From the IMG/VR virus record IMGVR_UViG_3300033067_001005, positions 1-64,000 of that record: a DNA stretch of 64,000 nucleotides; one strand, given 5' to 3'. Position numbers and translations under genes: made by a program. Origin of the DNA: a virus. Lineage: Duplodnaviria; Caudoviricetes. The notes below the pieces were generated by a model that was not told where the DNA came from, did not search any database, and saw only the letters and a list, made by a program, of their open reading frames with translations. Shown piece after piece: positions 16,806-26,126 of the stretch; the stretch's first letter is position 1; the number at the start of each line of letters is the position of its first letter.

Positions 16806-16956
16806 AGTAGTGCCTACCCCGCCTCCGTCTAACGTCCCGACTTCACCGTCCGAGGACAAGCGGAAAAGCAATTACAAGAACGTACAGGTCGACTTCTCTG
16901 TCGGCACTGGGATGCAGCGCGGATTGCCCGTGCTGATCCCTAAGAAAGAGAAGTAA
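16798..16956 (+). CDS. Small hypothetical protein (52 aa), absent from the ORF track
   Basis: AGGAGG RBS; MNEVVPTPPPSNVPTSPSEDKRKSNYKNVQVDFSVGTGMQRGLPVLIPKKEK*; TAATG coupling to the next gene. Confidence 0.65.
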   Translation: MNEVVPTPPPSNVPTSPSEDKRKSNYKNVQVDFSVGTGMQRGLPVLIPKKEK

Positions 16957-17450
16957 TGACATCAGAGCTGCAATCAGCCCTGTCCTCAATAGGAGCCACC
17001 GTCGGCCTAATCACCTTCGTTCTGTTCGTTCTAGAGAAGTCTAAGAACAGCGGAAAGCAGGAGACCAAGCAAGAGAACTCGGTAGAAAAGGCCTCACTAG
17101 AGCGACAGATGGCTGACAACCTTCTGGAATCCAAGTTCCAAGCTTTAGGGCACGACCTGAAACTGGCTATTGCCACTTCGGATGTTCGTTCTGATGAGCG
17201 AGGAAAGAGGCTGCAAGAACAGGTAGTGGACATGCACAAGTCCATCGCCGCTTTGACTGCGGACATGTCCAACCAGGCAAAGGCGCAGATCATTACGGAT
17301 GAAAAGCTGTCTACGGTCACGAAGAAGCAGGACGAGACCGAAGCCCAGCTGGACAAGCTGTCTAATGAAGTGCAATCGCTCGGAAAGCAAATGTCCAAGA
17401 TAGAGAACAGACTGTCTGGGCATTACTCGAAAACAGATCCCAGCAAGTAA
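16956..17450 (+). CDS. Single-TM coiled-coil membrane protein
   Basis: N-terminal TM helix (IGATVGLITFVLFVL) and long heptad repeat. Confidence 0.65.
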   Translation: MTSELQSALSSIGATVGLITFVLFVLEKSKNSGKQETKQENSVEKASLERQMADNLLESKFQALGHDLKLAIATSDVRSDERGKRLQEQVVDMHKSIAALTADMSNQAKAQIITDEKLSTVTKKQDETEAQLDKLSNEVQSLGKQMSKIENRLSGHYSKTDPSK

Positions 17451-17460
17451 GGGGTAACTA

Positions 17461-19068
17461 ATGGCCGGCTCATCGATGCAGTTCTTGGCACTACAGGGCG
17501 GAAGCGGGACAGCAATCCCGTTTGCCAGAGAGACGGAGCCCAGTGCTATTGCCACCGTAGCTATGAGCCCCAAGGACTCGCAGCGTCTTCGGCGGTACGA
17601 GGAACACTGGCGCTTCTACCAGGGGCGACACTGGAACTTTGACCGTGAGGATGGCGAGCCTCTAGTTACCTCTAACTACTGTCGCGCAATCGTTCACAAG
17701 AAAGCTGCCTGGCTTGTAGGGAAGGGCATGGTGCTCGACACCCCGCAGGCCTTGCAGCACGTGACGAAGCCAAAGCTCGTAGAGACGTGGAAGTACAATA
17801 ACGAGCAGATTCTCCTGTGGAAGCTAGCCGTAACTGGCGGCGTCACTGGAGACTGCGTTGTACTGGTCACCGTGAAGGAACCGACGGGCGTAGAGCGCCG
17901 CTTCAACCCGAACACGGGCGGGCGCATCCACTTGCGGCTTGTAATGCCACACCAGTACTTCCCGCGCTACAACCCCCTCAATAACGAAGAGCTAATCGGC
18001 GTCCGCATCATTACTGAGGTGGATGCTCCCGCTCCCGTAGAGAGGGTGGGGATGCGTGGCACTGGCAGGACCGTCGTCCCTCGTAAGCGCCGCTACGTGG
18101 AAGACATCACGGCGGAGAAGATTGTAGAGGGGTACGAAGATGGGCAGATGACCGAGAAGCCGAACGTACTGGGAGAGATCCCCGTCGTTCACTGGGTCAA
18201 CCTACCGTTCCCCGGCGAAGTCTTCGGACAATCGGACCTAGACGGCGCAATCGACCTACAGCGTGAGCTGAACGAGAAGTTGACCGACCTCTCGGACATC
18301 ATCAACTATCACGCGGCGCCAATCACCATCGTGACGGGTGCAAAGGCTAAGGCACTAGAGAAGGACGCCCGCAACATGTGGACGGGCCTTCCTGCTGACG
18401 CCAAGGTGTACAACCTCGAGCTGGGAAGCTCCGGGGACACTAACTACAGGTACGTCGAGCTTGTGCGCAAGATGCTGCTAGAGCTTGCCAGCGTTCCTGA
18501 GGTAGCCCTGGGTGGCATCATCGCCATCTCCAATACGGCAGCCGCGGCACTAGAGGTGCAATTCCAGCCTCTGACGGAAGCCATCGACCAGAAGCGGCCG
18601 AACTATGAGCAGGGCCTAGAGCGCGTGAACTATCTGATTCTGCGCTGGTGGCAGACCATGGAGAAGTTCAACCTCCCCGTCGACCTCTGTAAGGAATGCG
18701 GCGGAAGGATTCTGACCTTCCAGGTCAAGACCAAGGATGGCAAGCAGCGCACGATGCGCAAATGCTACCTAATCGACCCGCAGACTCTAGAGTTCATGGA
18801 GCCTGACGATGTCCGCGTTAACGTAAAGCGCGAATACTCGTTCGGCACCGAGACTCGGATGATGCCCTACGGCCAGGTAAAGAAGGAGTTCTTGCAGCGC
18901 TCCGCCTCCTACTGGGACCCCATGCCCAGAATCGATAAGGTCGAAGAGGAGCAAAGCAAGCTAGACATGGCGGAGCAGAAGAAGGAAGAAGCCGCTAAAG
19001 AGCAAATTGCGGCAGCTGGTTATGACCCTGAGCAGCTGGCGGCTGCGGAGAAGCCAGGAGAAGAATAA
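17461..19068 (+). CDS. Portal protein, N-terminal part (SPP1 gp6-like), ending inside a Cys-containing insertion
   Basis: RLRRYEEHWRFYQG, NYCRAIVHKKAAWLVGKG, LGEIPVVHWVN, GQSDL..AIDLQRELN..LTD..DIINYHAAP, SGAALEVQFQPL-like motif; position after terL. Confidence 0.88.
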   Translation: MAGSSMQFLALQGGSGTAIPFARETEPSAIATVAMSPKDSQRLRRYEEHWRFYQGRHWNFDREDGEPLVTSNYCRAIVHKKAAWLVGKGMVLDTPQALQHVTKPKLVETWKYNNEQILLWKLAVTGGVTGDCVVLVTVKEPTGVERRFNPNTGGRIHLRLVMPHQYFPRYNPLNNEELIGVRIITEVDAPAPVERVGMRGTGRTVVPRKRRYVEDITAEKIVEGYEDGQMTEKPNVLGEIPVVHWVNLPFPGEVFGQSDLDGAIDLQRELNEKLTDLSDIINYHAAPITIVTGAKAKALEKDARNMWTGLPADAKVYNLELGSSGDTNYRYVELVRKMLLELASVPEVALGGIIAISNTAAAALEVQFQPLTEAIDQKRPNYEQGLERVNYLILRWWQTMEKFNLPVDLCKECGGRILTFQVKTKDGKQRTMRKCYLIDPQTLEFMEPDDVRVNVKREYSFGTETRMMPYGQVKKEFLQRSASYWDPMPRIDKVEEEQSKLDMAEQKKEEAAKEQIAAAGYDPEQLAAAEKPGEE

Positions 19069-19466
19069 TGGGAATCTTCGCTAGTATCGCAGCCAAGCTA
19101 GGCCTAGGCGGCTCAGGAAACGCTGCTACACCAAAGGGCGTTACTGTCGGCGCTAGAGGCGGGAAGTACTACCTAGATGCTAACGGCAAAAAGGTGTACG
19201 GAGACCCTACCAAGGTGAAAGCCAAGGCCGCCGCGGCGCAGAAAGAGGCCCTACCAAGCAAACAGAAGGACAAGGCCGACGCGCACACGACCAAGGCTTT
19301 CGCTGCCTCTAGTAAGGCAAAGGACGCCGCTTCGCACAAGGCAGCTGCTGACGCGCACAAGATCGCAGCGGAGCATCACAGCAAGATAAACACTAAGTAC
19401 TCCAAGATGAAGGCCAAGCACCACAGAGAGATGGTGGCCGAGCACAGCAAGAAAGCGAAGGGCTAG
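19068..19466 (+). CDS. Lys/Ala/His-rich basic protein with GARGGKYYLDANGKKVYG motif
   Basis: AGGAG RBS and TAATG coupling; paralog of 19471..20079. Confidence 0.75.
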   Translation: MGIFASIAAKLGLGGSGNAATPKGVTVGARGGKYYLDANGKKVYGDPTKVKAKAAAAQKEALPSKQKDKADAHTTKAFAASSKAKDAASHKAAADAHKIAAEHHSKINTKYSKMKAKHHREMVAEHSKKAKG

Positions 19467-19470
19467 AACC

Positions 19471-20079
19471 ATGGGCGTGTACGGAAAGCTCGCAGAAAAG
19501 TTAGGCGTCAGTGGTGGAGGCTCTAAAGGAACCCAGACTGGGCCCCGAGGCGGAAGATACTATCTGGATGCCAGCGGGAAGAAGGTTTATGGAGAGCCAC
19601 CCAAAGGCTCTTCTGGTTCTAAGGCCAAGAACAAGGCAGCTGACGACCCCGTAGCCATGGCTAAGAAGTTTAGTAGTCAGGCTCATTCCGCTTCCTCCGC
19701 TGCATACGATCCTAATTCCCACCATATGGCAGGAAAGGCACATCTTCTAGCTGCACACCTACAAGGCAAAGCGGGTGACAAGGCAGCTCAGGCCAAGCAC
19801 CTAGATGCAGCCGAGGCACATGGCGACAAGTCTGCTGCTAATCTTCCAGCTGGCTACGTAAGCCAAATCAAAGCTGAAGCAGTAATGGCTAAAGCTGAAT
19901 TGACCGGCAAGAAGATGAAGGGCTCCGGTGACATCATCACTAAGGGAGCCATGTCTGGGCATCTTTACCACGGAGAGTTGGAAGGAAAGCATGTCTACTC
20001 TCGCTCTCTGGAGGGGGGACGTGGCATGGGCCATACAGCTGACTCCGCCTACAAGTTTTCCGATAAGAAGGTCCACTAA
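19471..20079 (+). CDS. Lys/Ala/Gly-rich basic protein with GPRGGRYYLDASGKKVYG motif
   Basis: Paralog of 19068..19466 (shared N-terminus and motif). Confidence 0.75.
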   Translation: MGVYGKLAEKLGVSGGGSKGTQTGPRGGRYYLDASGKKVYGEPPKGSSGSKAKNKAADDPVAMAKKFSSQAHSASSAAYDPNSHHMAGKAHLLAAHLQGKAGDKAAQAKHLDAAEAHGDKSAANLPAGYVSQIKAEAVMAKAELTGKKMKGSGDIITKGAMSGHLYHGELEGKHVYSRSLEGGRGMGHTADSAYKFSDKKVH

Positions 20080-20723
20080 TGGCACTCTTTCTAATTCCAA
20101 GCGTCTCAAAGCTCCTCGGGGCAAAGGACAAGCCCAAGGGCGAGACACCCGAGCCTGAGACCGGGGAAGCTAATGCAAAGCCCGGTCAGCTCGTTGCCCA
20201 CGACATCGACATCCCGGAGGAGCCGGAAGAGGTCAACGCCGTCGTTCAGGAATGGGACAACGAGAAGAACCAGTTCGTCGAGCGCAACCTAGGCAAGCGT
20301 CTTCTCGTGCCAACAGGCTGCGAAAGGCCCACGTACTTTTCCCCGTTCGAGAACTCGGTTACGCTGAAGAGCGCCCTACCGCGTGACAAGGAAAAGGACA
20401 CTAACCTGTACCAAGCCTGGCAGACTAATGGCTGGGTAAGCAGACACTGGGTCATGAGCCGTCTAGAAGAGGGCATCTCTATCTCGCAGATGGACAAGGA
20501 AATCGCGGACGATATCCCGTTCATTCTCTCTATTCAGGGAAAGCCTGACCCCTCTGGCCAGGTTGCCCAGACAAACGGACTTCAACAGCCCGGTGACGGG
20601 CCTGGCGACAACAACGGAGCGCCGCTACCCCCCGGACCAGGCCCTGGCCGCGGGAACAAGTTCGCTCCTGGCGATGGCCTAGCAAAGGCCCCACCCAACG
20701 CTTCACCGGGAAGGAAGATGTGA
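20079..20723 (+). CDS. Probable portal protein C-terminal part
   Basis: NSVTLKSALPRDKEKD...NGWVSRHWVMSRL...QMDKEIADD resembles the V.F...LP.D...G..S.......L...E.++I..E tail of SPP1-like portals, which is missing from 17461..19068; ends in a Pro/Gly disordered tail. Confidence 0.65.
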   Translation: MALFLIPSVSKLLGAKDKPKGETPEPETGEANAKPGQLVAHDIDIPEEPEEVNAVVQEWDNEKNQFVERNLGKRLLVPTGCERPTYFSPFENSVTLKSALPRDKEKDTNLYQAWQTNGWVSRHWVMSRLEEGISISQMDKEIADDIPFILSIQGKPDPSGQVAQTNGLQQPGDGPGDNNGAPLPPGPGPGRGNKFAPGDGLAKAPPNASPGRKM

Positions 20724-20724
20724 G

Positions 20725-21738
20725 ATGAAACTGACACTGCTAAAGAAGACCGGAGTCGTCGATGACCCCGATCCGCGTACCACGCCGCCCACTAGAATCT
20801 TCCCTGTCTCTCCACAGTATGACGACGCCAAGCTGACGCCGGCCAAGTCCATTCACTGCATCTTCGTCGTTCTGAACGGGACGGCAGACGCGGCGAGCGG
20901 ACTAGTAACGGCGCAGCTGTTCGTGAAGGGCGAGATTGCCCAAGGCGTTCTCTCCCCCGCTGGCGGAGCTACTTCGGAGACTAGATGGGTGCCTGTTGGC
21001 TCTCCCAAGACTGTCTCCAATAACGAGCTAGTCACCTTCCGTCTGCCTCCGGCGGCGGACAAAGACGACTGCTTCATGAGGCTAACCAGCATCTCTGGTA
21101 CGTCTGCAACCGACGTTGCGATGTACTGGGCGCCTGGCGGGGAGATGGAAGCGGACCTCGGCCTGGGTAGTGCCACTGGCGCTATTGCCACGCTGAACTC
21201 TGCTATCCAGGCTCTAATGCTAGCACAGTACAACGCTACCAGACCTGTCCTAGCTGACAGAATTGCCAGCATTGCACAAGCAAACCAGCGTGGCGACATC
21301 ACCGTAATGGAGCAGTATCTTCCCTCAGCGGAAGACTCTGCTAACGGTGGTTTCCACACGTTCGAGCGAGCAATCGCAGATGTACTGGGAGCCTGGACCG
21401 GATATCACTCTGGCACCACCAAGGTGGGCACGGCAGGAATCAACGTCAAAGCCGCTGTAGGAAGAGTCAGGCAGCTTAGAGGCGTAAACACCTCTACTAC
21501 TGTCGATTACTACTTGGTACTCGTTGACAAGGCGACTGCGCCTATCAACGGAGATGCTGTGGTAGACGCTATTGCTCTTCCCAGATCAGCCGCTGGCGTT
21601 GCCGTGAACGAGAAGCATAGAGACTATCCTGGTGGTAAGAAGATGACCGCAGGCTTCTCTTACGCCATCTCTACTACGCCGCACACAGTCACCTTGGCTG
21701 CCGCTTTGGATTGTTCTGTTGGCGCCGAATACGCCTGA
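20725..21738 (+). CDS. Putative head decoration/structural protein (paralog of 25015..25758)
   Basis: GRVRQLRGVNTSTTVDYYLVLVDKATAP resembles GRIQMVRATNTDVATQYLFIWDYTAP. Confidence 0.55.
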   Translation: MKLTLLKKTGVVDDPDPRTTPPTRIFPVSPQYDDAKLTPAKSIHCIFVVLNGTADAASGLVTAQLFVKGEIAQGVLSPAGGATSETRWVPVGSPKTVSNNELVTFRLPPAADKDDCFMRLTSISGTSATDVAMYWAPGGEMEADLGLGSATGAIATLNSAIQALMLAQYNATRPVLADRIASIAQANQRGDITVMEQYLPSAEDSANGGFHTFERAIADVLGAWTGYHSGTTKVGTAGINVKAAVGRVRQLRGVNTSTTVDYYLVLVDKATAPINGDAVVDAIALPRSAAGVAVNEKHRDYPGGKKMTAGFSYAISTTPHTVTLAAALDCSVGAEYA

Positions 21739-21749
21739 TAGGAGCTGAA

Positions 21750-22115
21750 ATGCGCTACGAAGTCCTTGTAAAGAAGTGGGATGAGAAGAAGGCTTTCACC
21801 CCTGTAATCGAGGTCAGCGACCCCACAGGCGAATGGAAGTCCGGGCGGATCGAAGGCCTGCGCTTGGAGCAACCAGACTCGCTAGACGAGCTGAAGATCC
21901 ACCAGTGGTTGGCTGACTATGCCATGAAACACCAAGCTATCGCGGCGGCGGCACTAGCGGCCAAGGACCCTAAGCCCAAGGTGAAGCGTGGCCTAATCGA
22001 CGCTACCAAGACTGACAAGGCTCGCAAGGTTGCTGAGGGCAAGACAGGCTCAATCGCTGACGACGCAGACGACGCAGACCCGTTCACGGCTAACATGCTA
22101 GCACTAGGAAAGTAG
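21750..22115 (+). CDS. Hypothetical protein (start corrected from 21711)
   Basis: GGAG RBS before ATG 21750. Confidence 0.65.
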   Translation: MRYEVLVKKWDEKKAFTPVIEVSDPTGEWKSGRIEGLRLEQPDSLDELKIHQWLADYAMKHQAIAAAALAAKDPKPKVKRGLIDATKTDKARKVAEGKTGSIADDADDADPFTANMLALGK

Positions 22116-22123
22116 GAGTCACT

Positions 22124-25018
22124 ATGCCCGCCCAGAACCTGATTCCTAACTCCGAAAACGTGTCGGCGTGGGGAATTCTGACGAATGTTGCTGCTGCACT
22201 AGCCTTGGCTGTCGCTGGTCCGGATGGCGCACTGGGCGGAGTGTCTCTTGTTACAGCCAATGGGGGCGGCGGAGCACTAAACCACTTCGCTGAGATGGCT
22301 AATGCGCAGATGCCCTACTTTGCGCAAGGTCTAGGATCGGCAGCTTTCCAGCTGAACGCAGGCAGAGAGCGTGTCTCTGGAGCGTGGATCAAGGCTGGGA
22401 CGACCACTAAGGTCGTTGTGGGCAACGGGCGACACACGAACTGGTATCGTGCGCTATTCAACCTGTCTAACGGCACCGTGGACACGGAAGAGAACTGCCG
22501 CGCGTACATCGAGCCGGGAGAAAACGGCTGGTACTACTGTTGCGTCGTCTATATCGTGCAACCCCTAGAGGCCAACGTTCAGCAGGACTCCGTAGTAGTT
22601 GCTCCTGTGCCAGCGGCACAGACGGGAACAGCCAGCATCGCCTACAATCACGCTAGCGAGTCCTGCTACGCCTTTGGAGCAACGCTAGCTCTGACCAACG
22701 GTCCTCCTCCGTACCAGAAGACCACGACGCAGACCAATGAGGCTCGTGCTCCTAGAGCACGTAACACTAGACAGAACAACATCCGTTGGTCTGAGAACCC
22801 GAGTAATGCTGTCTGGACGAAGTATGCTGCCTCTTGTGCAGCTTCAGCTGTGAACTCCCCACTAGGGGGCCTGGCGGAAGCAATCATTGAGGACGGCACT
22901 CTAGGATTCCACGGTGTGTCTCAGGGCGGAACTGCGGACAAAGGCATCTATACGATTACTGCGCTAGTAAAGGCAGGGACTCGTTCTTGGTGCCTTCTAG
23001 CTACAGCTGGGACAGGTGTAGGCGCTTACTTTGACCTGACTCTAGGTGTAACTGGCTCCATCTTCGGCTCACCGCTAGCAGCTTCGATAGAGCCGGCAGG
23101 AGACGGGTGGTGGTGGATCAGCGTAACCCACGCTATCCCAGCAGCTATTAGAGCTTTGGAGCTTTATGCAGCTACGGGTAATGCGGCGGCCAACTACACA
23201 GGCACTAACGGAAACACAGCACTCTACGTAGCGGGAATGTCTCTTGCGCAAAGCTGGGGTCCGCCTGACCACGTGAAGACCACCGTTGCCGTGATCAATC
23301 CAAAGATTGGTGTTAGAGGCAGAGCCAGGCAGAACTTGACTCCTGCCAGCGAGGACTTCACGGCCGGCTTTGCCTGGTTCAAAGAGAGCGGAGCTATTAC
23401 TGTCACTGCTGACGTGGTAGCTGGACCTGATGGAGCCCTGACGAAGGCCGATCGTATCCAGTGGACATCAGGAATCCTGCGATACGTTGGCCAGAACATC
23501 AACTTCACTAGAGGTCCTTACACAGTCTCTGTGTGGCTGCGTTCAGCAACAGGTGGAACTCAGTTGGTAAGGCTGCGGCTTCCCCTCATTCCTGGCACCT
23601 CTAACCAGGACAGTCCTGTGTTGACCTTGACGCCAGACTGGCAGCGCTTCTCTTTCTCTGTGGAGATACAGTCGTCCAACGTCACTCTGTCCACTGTGCT
23701 CATAGAGAGCGACGCTGGGCTAAGTGCCGCAGACTTCTACGCTTGGGGCTTCCAGCTCACCCAAACGGCGAGAGAAACGCAGTACGTGAAGTCGACCACG
23801 CAGGCGGTGCTCGGTCGCGCTCCGCGCTCGCTCATGGGCAAGCAGAACCTCCTGCTTTCGTCGCAGGGGATGCACAGCGACGCGGTCAACTGGTTCCCAA
23901 CGCTTGTTACTCGGTCTGCGTCCCCAGCGCTGGCACCCGATGGAACGGCCACAGTCTCGCGCATCGAGGACACGGACCCAGCAAACTACGGCTACATCCG
24001 CCAGCAGATCAGCATCCCGCCGGGCGTGCGCAGCTATTGCTTTAGCATCTACCTGCGCAAGACGGCGACGTCTGCGGTCTGCGGATGGAACTACCTGGCG
24101 GTAGGGGGAACCACCCAGCCCGGAAGCATGCGTGTCGCGCCAGCCACGGGCGCCTGGTCGTCTGGCGGCACTCCTGGTGGCGTGGAGGATTGCGGCGACT
24201 ACTGGCGCGTCTGGAACGTGGTCCGAAACCAGGGGTCTAGTGCGCTGCGCGTCGACTTTTATGTGGCGACGGGGACGAGCTTCAACGGCGGCGACAACGC
24301 CGCGGGCGTCGGCTGGGTCGACGTGTGGGGAGCGCAGTGGACGGAGGGCGAGGGTCCCACCGAGTACGTCGCAACGACGACCGCGGTCGTGAACACCGGA
24401 GCTCCGCGCCGTCGCGCTCCACGCCAGAACGTCGGCGCGAACAGCGACATGCTGAGCGGAGCGTGGAGCATTGCGAATGCGACCCGCTCCGCTGGGCCGG
24501 CAGGACCAACAGGAAAGACTGGCATTCTAGTACTGGAAGATGGCAGCGCAGCAGCAGTCCACTATATCACGCAGACTGTAACCTCGCTTGGTACAGGTCG
24601 CCTTGCTACTCTAACGTTCTATGCGAAGCGTGCTACGGCAGGATCTCGTCAGTGGATTGCTTGCGCTGGAAACGGCGGAAACTCTGCACTATGGTTCGAC
24701 CTGATAAACTTCAAACGAGGCACAGGCGGCGGAGGCTGTGTAGCTTCAACGATAGAGCAGGTAGAAGGCGGCTACGCAAAGATCAGCATTTCGTGGATCC
24801 AAACAGCCGGACTAGAGGGAGTACGTATCTACATGGCTGACGCTGACGGCAGCGTTACCTTCAATGGAGACAGCGGAGCCTCTGGAGGCATCTACGTCTT
24901 TGAGGCACAAGTAACTGAGGGCTACGGACCTCCGCCTGAGCAAGTGAGTACCAGGAATACTCCTGTGGGCTCTCAAGCGCAGGAATACGACAGAGGGCCA
25001 AGAGGCCTCTACGCATGA
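22124..25018 (+). CDS. Head-spike/fibre-like protein with five tandem ~190-aa CBM-like jelly-roll modules
   Basis: Each module begins QN[LN]...S[EQD]...W and ends [AW]G.Q[LWV]...GP..Y..TT. Confidence 0.7.
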   Translation: MPAQNLIPNSENVSAWGILTNVAAALALAVAGPDGALGGVSLVTANGGGGALNHFAEMANAQMPYFAQGLGSAAFQLNAGRERVSGAWIKAGTTTKVVVGNGRHTNWYRALFNLSNGTVDTEENCRAYIEPGENGWYYCCVVYIVQPLEANVQQDSVVVAPVPAAQTGTASIAYNHASESCYAFGATLALTNGPPPYQKTTTQTNEARAPRARNTRQNNIRWSENPSNAVWTKYAASCAASAVNSPLGGLAEAIIEDGTLGFHGVSQGGTADKGIYTITALVKAGTRSWCLLATAGTGVGAYFDLTLGVTGSIFGSPLAASIEPAGDGWWWISVTHAIPAAIRALELYAATGNAAANYTGTNGNTALYVAGMSLAQSWGPPDHVKTTVAVINPKIGVRGRARQNLTPASEDFTAGFAWFKESGAITVTADVVAGPDGALTKADRIQWTSGILRYVGQNINFTRGPYTVSVWLRSATGGTQLVRLRLPLIPGTSNQDSPVLTLTPDWQRFSFSVEIQSSNVTLSTVLIESDAGLSAADFYAWGFQLTQTARETQYVKSTTQAVLGRAPRSLMGKQNLLLSSQGMHSDAVNWFPTLVTRSASPALAPDGTATVSRIEDTDPANYGYIRQQISIPPGVRSYCFSIYLRKTATSAVCGWNYLAVGGTTQPGSMRVAPATGAWSSGGTPGGVEDCGDYWRVWNVVRNQGSSALRVDFYVATGTSFNGGDNAAGVGWVDVWGAQWTEGEGPTEYVATTTAVVNTGAPRRRAPRQNVGANSDMLSGAWSIANATRSAGPAGPTGKTGILVLEDGSAAAVHYITQTVTSLGTGRLATLTFYAKRATAGSRQWIACAGNGGNSALWFDLINFKRGTGGGGCVASTIEQVEGGYAKISISWIQTAGLEGVRIYMADADGSVTFNGDSGASGGIYVFEAQVTEGYGPPPEQVSTRNTPVGSQAQEYDRGPRGLYA

Positions 25019-25758
25019 AGACAGCTTACTCTATAAAGGGTATGACCCCATACGCGCCTCAATCTCCGGGAAATGCTCCACCTAATGGAGAGGTCTTTGA
25101 GATTGAGGACGGCCTTTTAGTCCAGCTGAAGATAGGGGACTGGCTGGGCACGAACACTAGACCCACGGGGAAGGCCTCAGACTATGTCCTAGTAGACCTG
25201 TTCTACTATGACGACTCTAGCTCGATGTGGATGCCTCTGGCGCTGTATGCTTCGGTCTTCTGCGGGAGGCCGAAGCACTTCGCTCTACCTAGAAGCACCC
25301 CAGCGGACACTACTCCTCAGAAGACCAAGGTGTGGGCGTGCGTTCGCGTCGTCAGCATCTCCGGCGGATCAGAACTCGTAAACACGGCGGAACTAAAGTT
25401 CGCCGATGCTAGCTCCGCCTACAACAACGAAGAGGATCCCATCACGTACCTGATGGGGCGTGTAAGCGTCGCTAACCCATATAACACTCTACTCGTACCA
25501 GGCCGGATACAGATGGTGCGGGCTACTAATACAGACGTAGCTACACAGTACCTGTTCATCTGGGACTACACTGCACCAGCGGCTGCTTCTGTTCCATCAT
25601 TTCCACCCAAAGCGATTGGTGCCGCAGCTACAGAGGACGTGGACATGGGAGGTATGCTGCTTCCTGCCCTAAGCCTCGGTCTGTCATCCAATAAAGACAC
25701 GTTCACAGCTGCCGGCAGTGGATATCTAGCAGCCTTTTTCCAGCCTGGAACACGCTAG
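25015..25758 (+). CDS. Putative head decoration/structural protein (paralog of 20725..21738)
   Basis: Shared R...ISG and GR....R..NT.....YL...D..AP motifs. Confidence 0.55.
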   Translation: MKTAYSIKGMTPYAPQSPGNAPPNGEVFEIEDGLLVQLKIGDWLGTNTRPTGKASDYVLVDLFYYDDSSSMWMPLALYASVFCGRPKHFALPRSTPADTTPQKTKVWACVRVVSISGGSELVNTAELKFADASSAYNNEEDPITYLMGRVSVANPYNTLLVPGRIQMVRATNTDVATQYLFIWDYTAPAAASVPSFPPKAIGAAATEDVDMGGMLLPALSLGLSSNKDTFTAAGSGYLAAFFQPGTR

Positions 25759-25770
25759 GACAAGAACCAG

Positions 25771-25799
25771 TTGCAACGCTACTCGTCGAAGGGTAGGAT
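25771..25799 (+). promoter_or_regulatory. Putative sigma70-type promoter for the scaffold-capsid operon
   Basis: TTGCAA-17 nt-TAGGAT in an intergenic gap. Confidence 0.5.
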
Positions 25800-25852
25800 C
25801 GGGACGATCCTTGGCAATCAAGCTAAGGACTCCCTAGCTAGGAGAAGACACG

Positions 25853-26095
25853 ATGGCGTACGACAGCACTAGTGGTAAGCGGATTCCCGCTACCCGCACC
25901 AAGATGGACAATGCGTCCCCGTCTCCTGCGCAGTCGCAGGGCGAGACCGGCGGCGCCGTAGGCAGCTCCTACTCGGCTACTCTAGTGGAGTATCCGAACA
26001 AGAGCCTGAACAACGTGGGCCCCGACGGCCAGGATCCGATGCTGAAGTTCCCGGCCGGTGTAGGCCAGGGCATCCGCAAGACGGGCCGCATCTAA
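25853..26095 (+). CDS. Small hypothetical protein
   Basis: AGGAG RBS. Confidence 0.65.
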   Translation: MAYDSTSGKRIPATRTKMDNASPSPAQSQGETGGAVGSSYSATLVEYPNKSLNNVGPDGQDPMLKFPAGVGQGIRKTGRI

Positions 26096-26126
26096 CATCA
26101 CTAACTGCTAGCGGCAGGAGTTACTA

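Noticed and set aside
19066-20081. Stop-codon reassignment or readthrough as the explanation for the split portal
   Set aside because: The breaks are TAA, TAG and TAA, the ORFs are not all in one frame, and TAG/TAA end many ordinary genes in the window.
19066-20130. Group I/II intron interrupting the portal
   Set aside because: No intron core elements or maturase/homing nuclease were recognised by eye, and the insert is fully occupied by two coupled ORFs. RT-PCR is still needed to exclude it formally.
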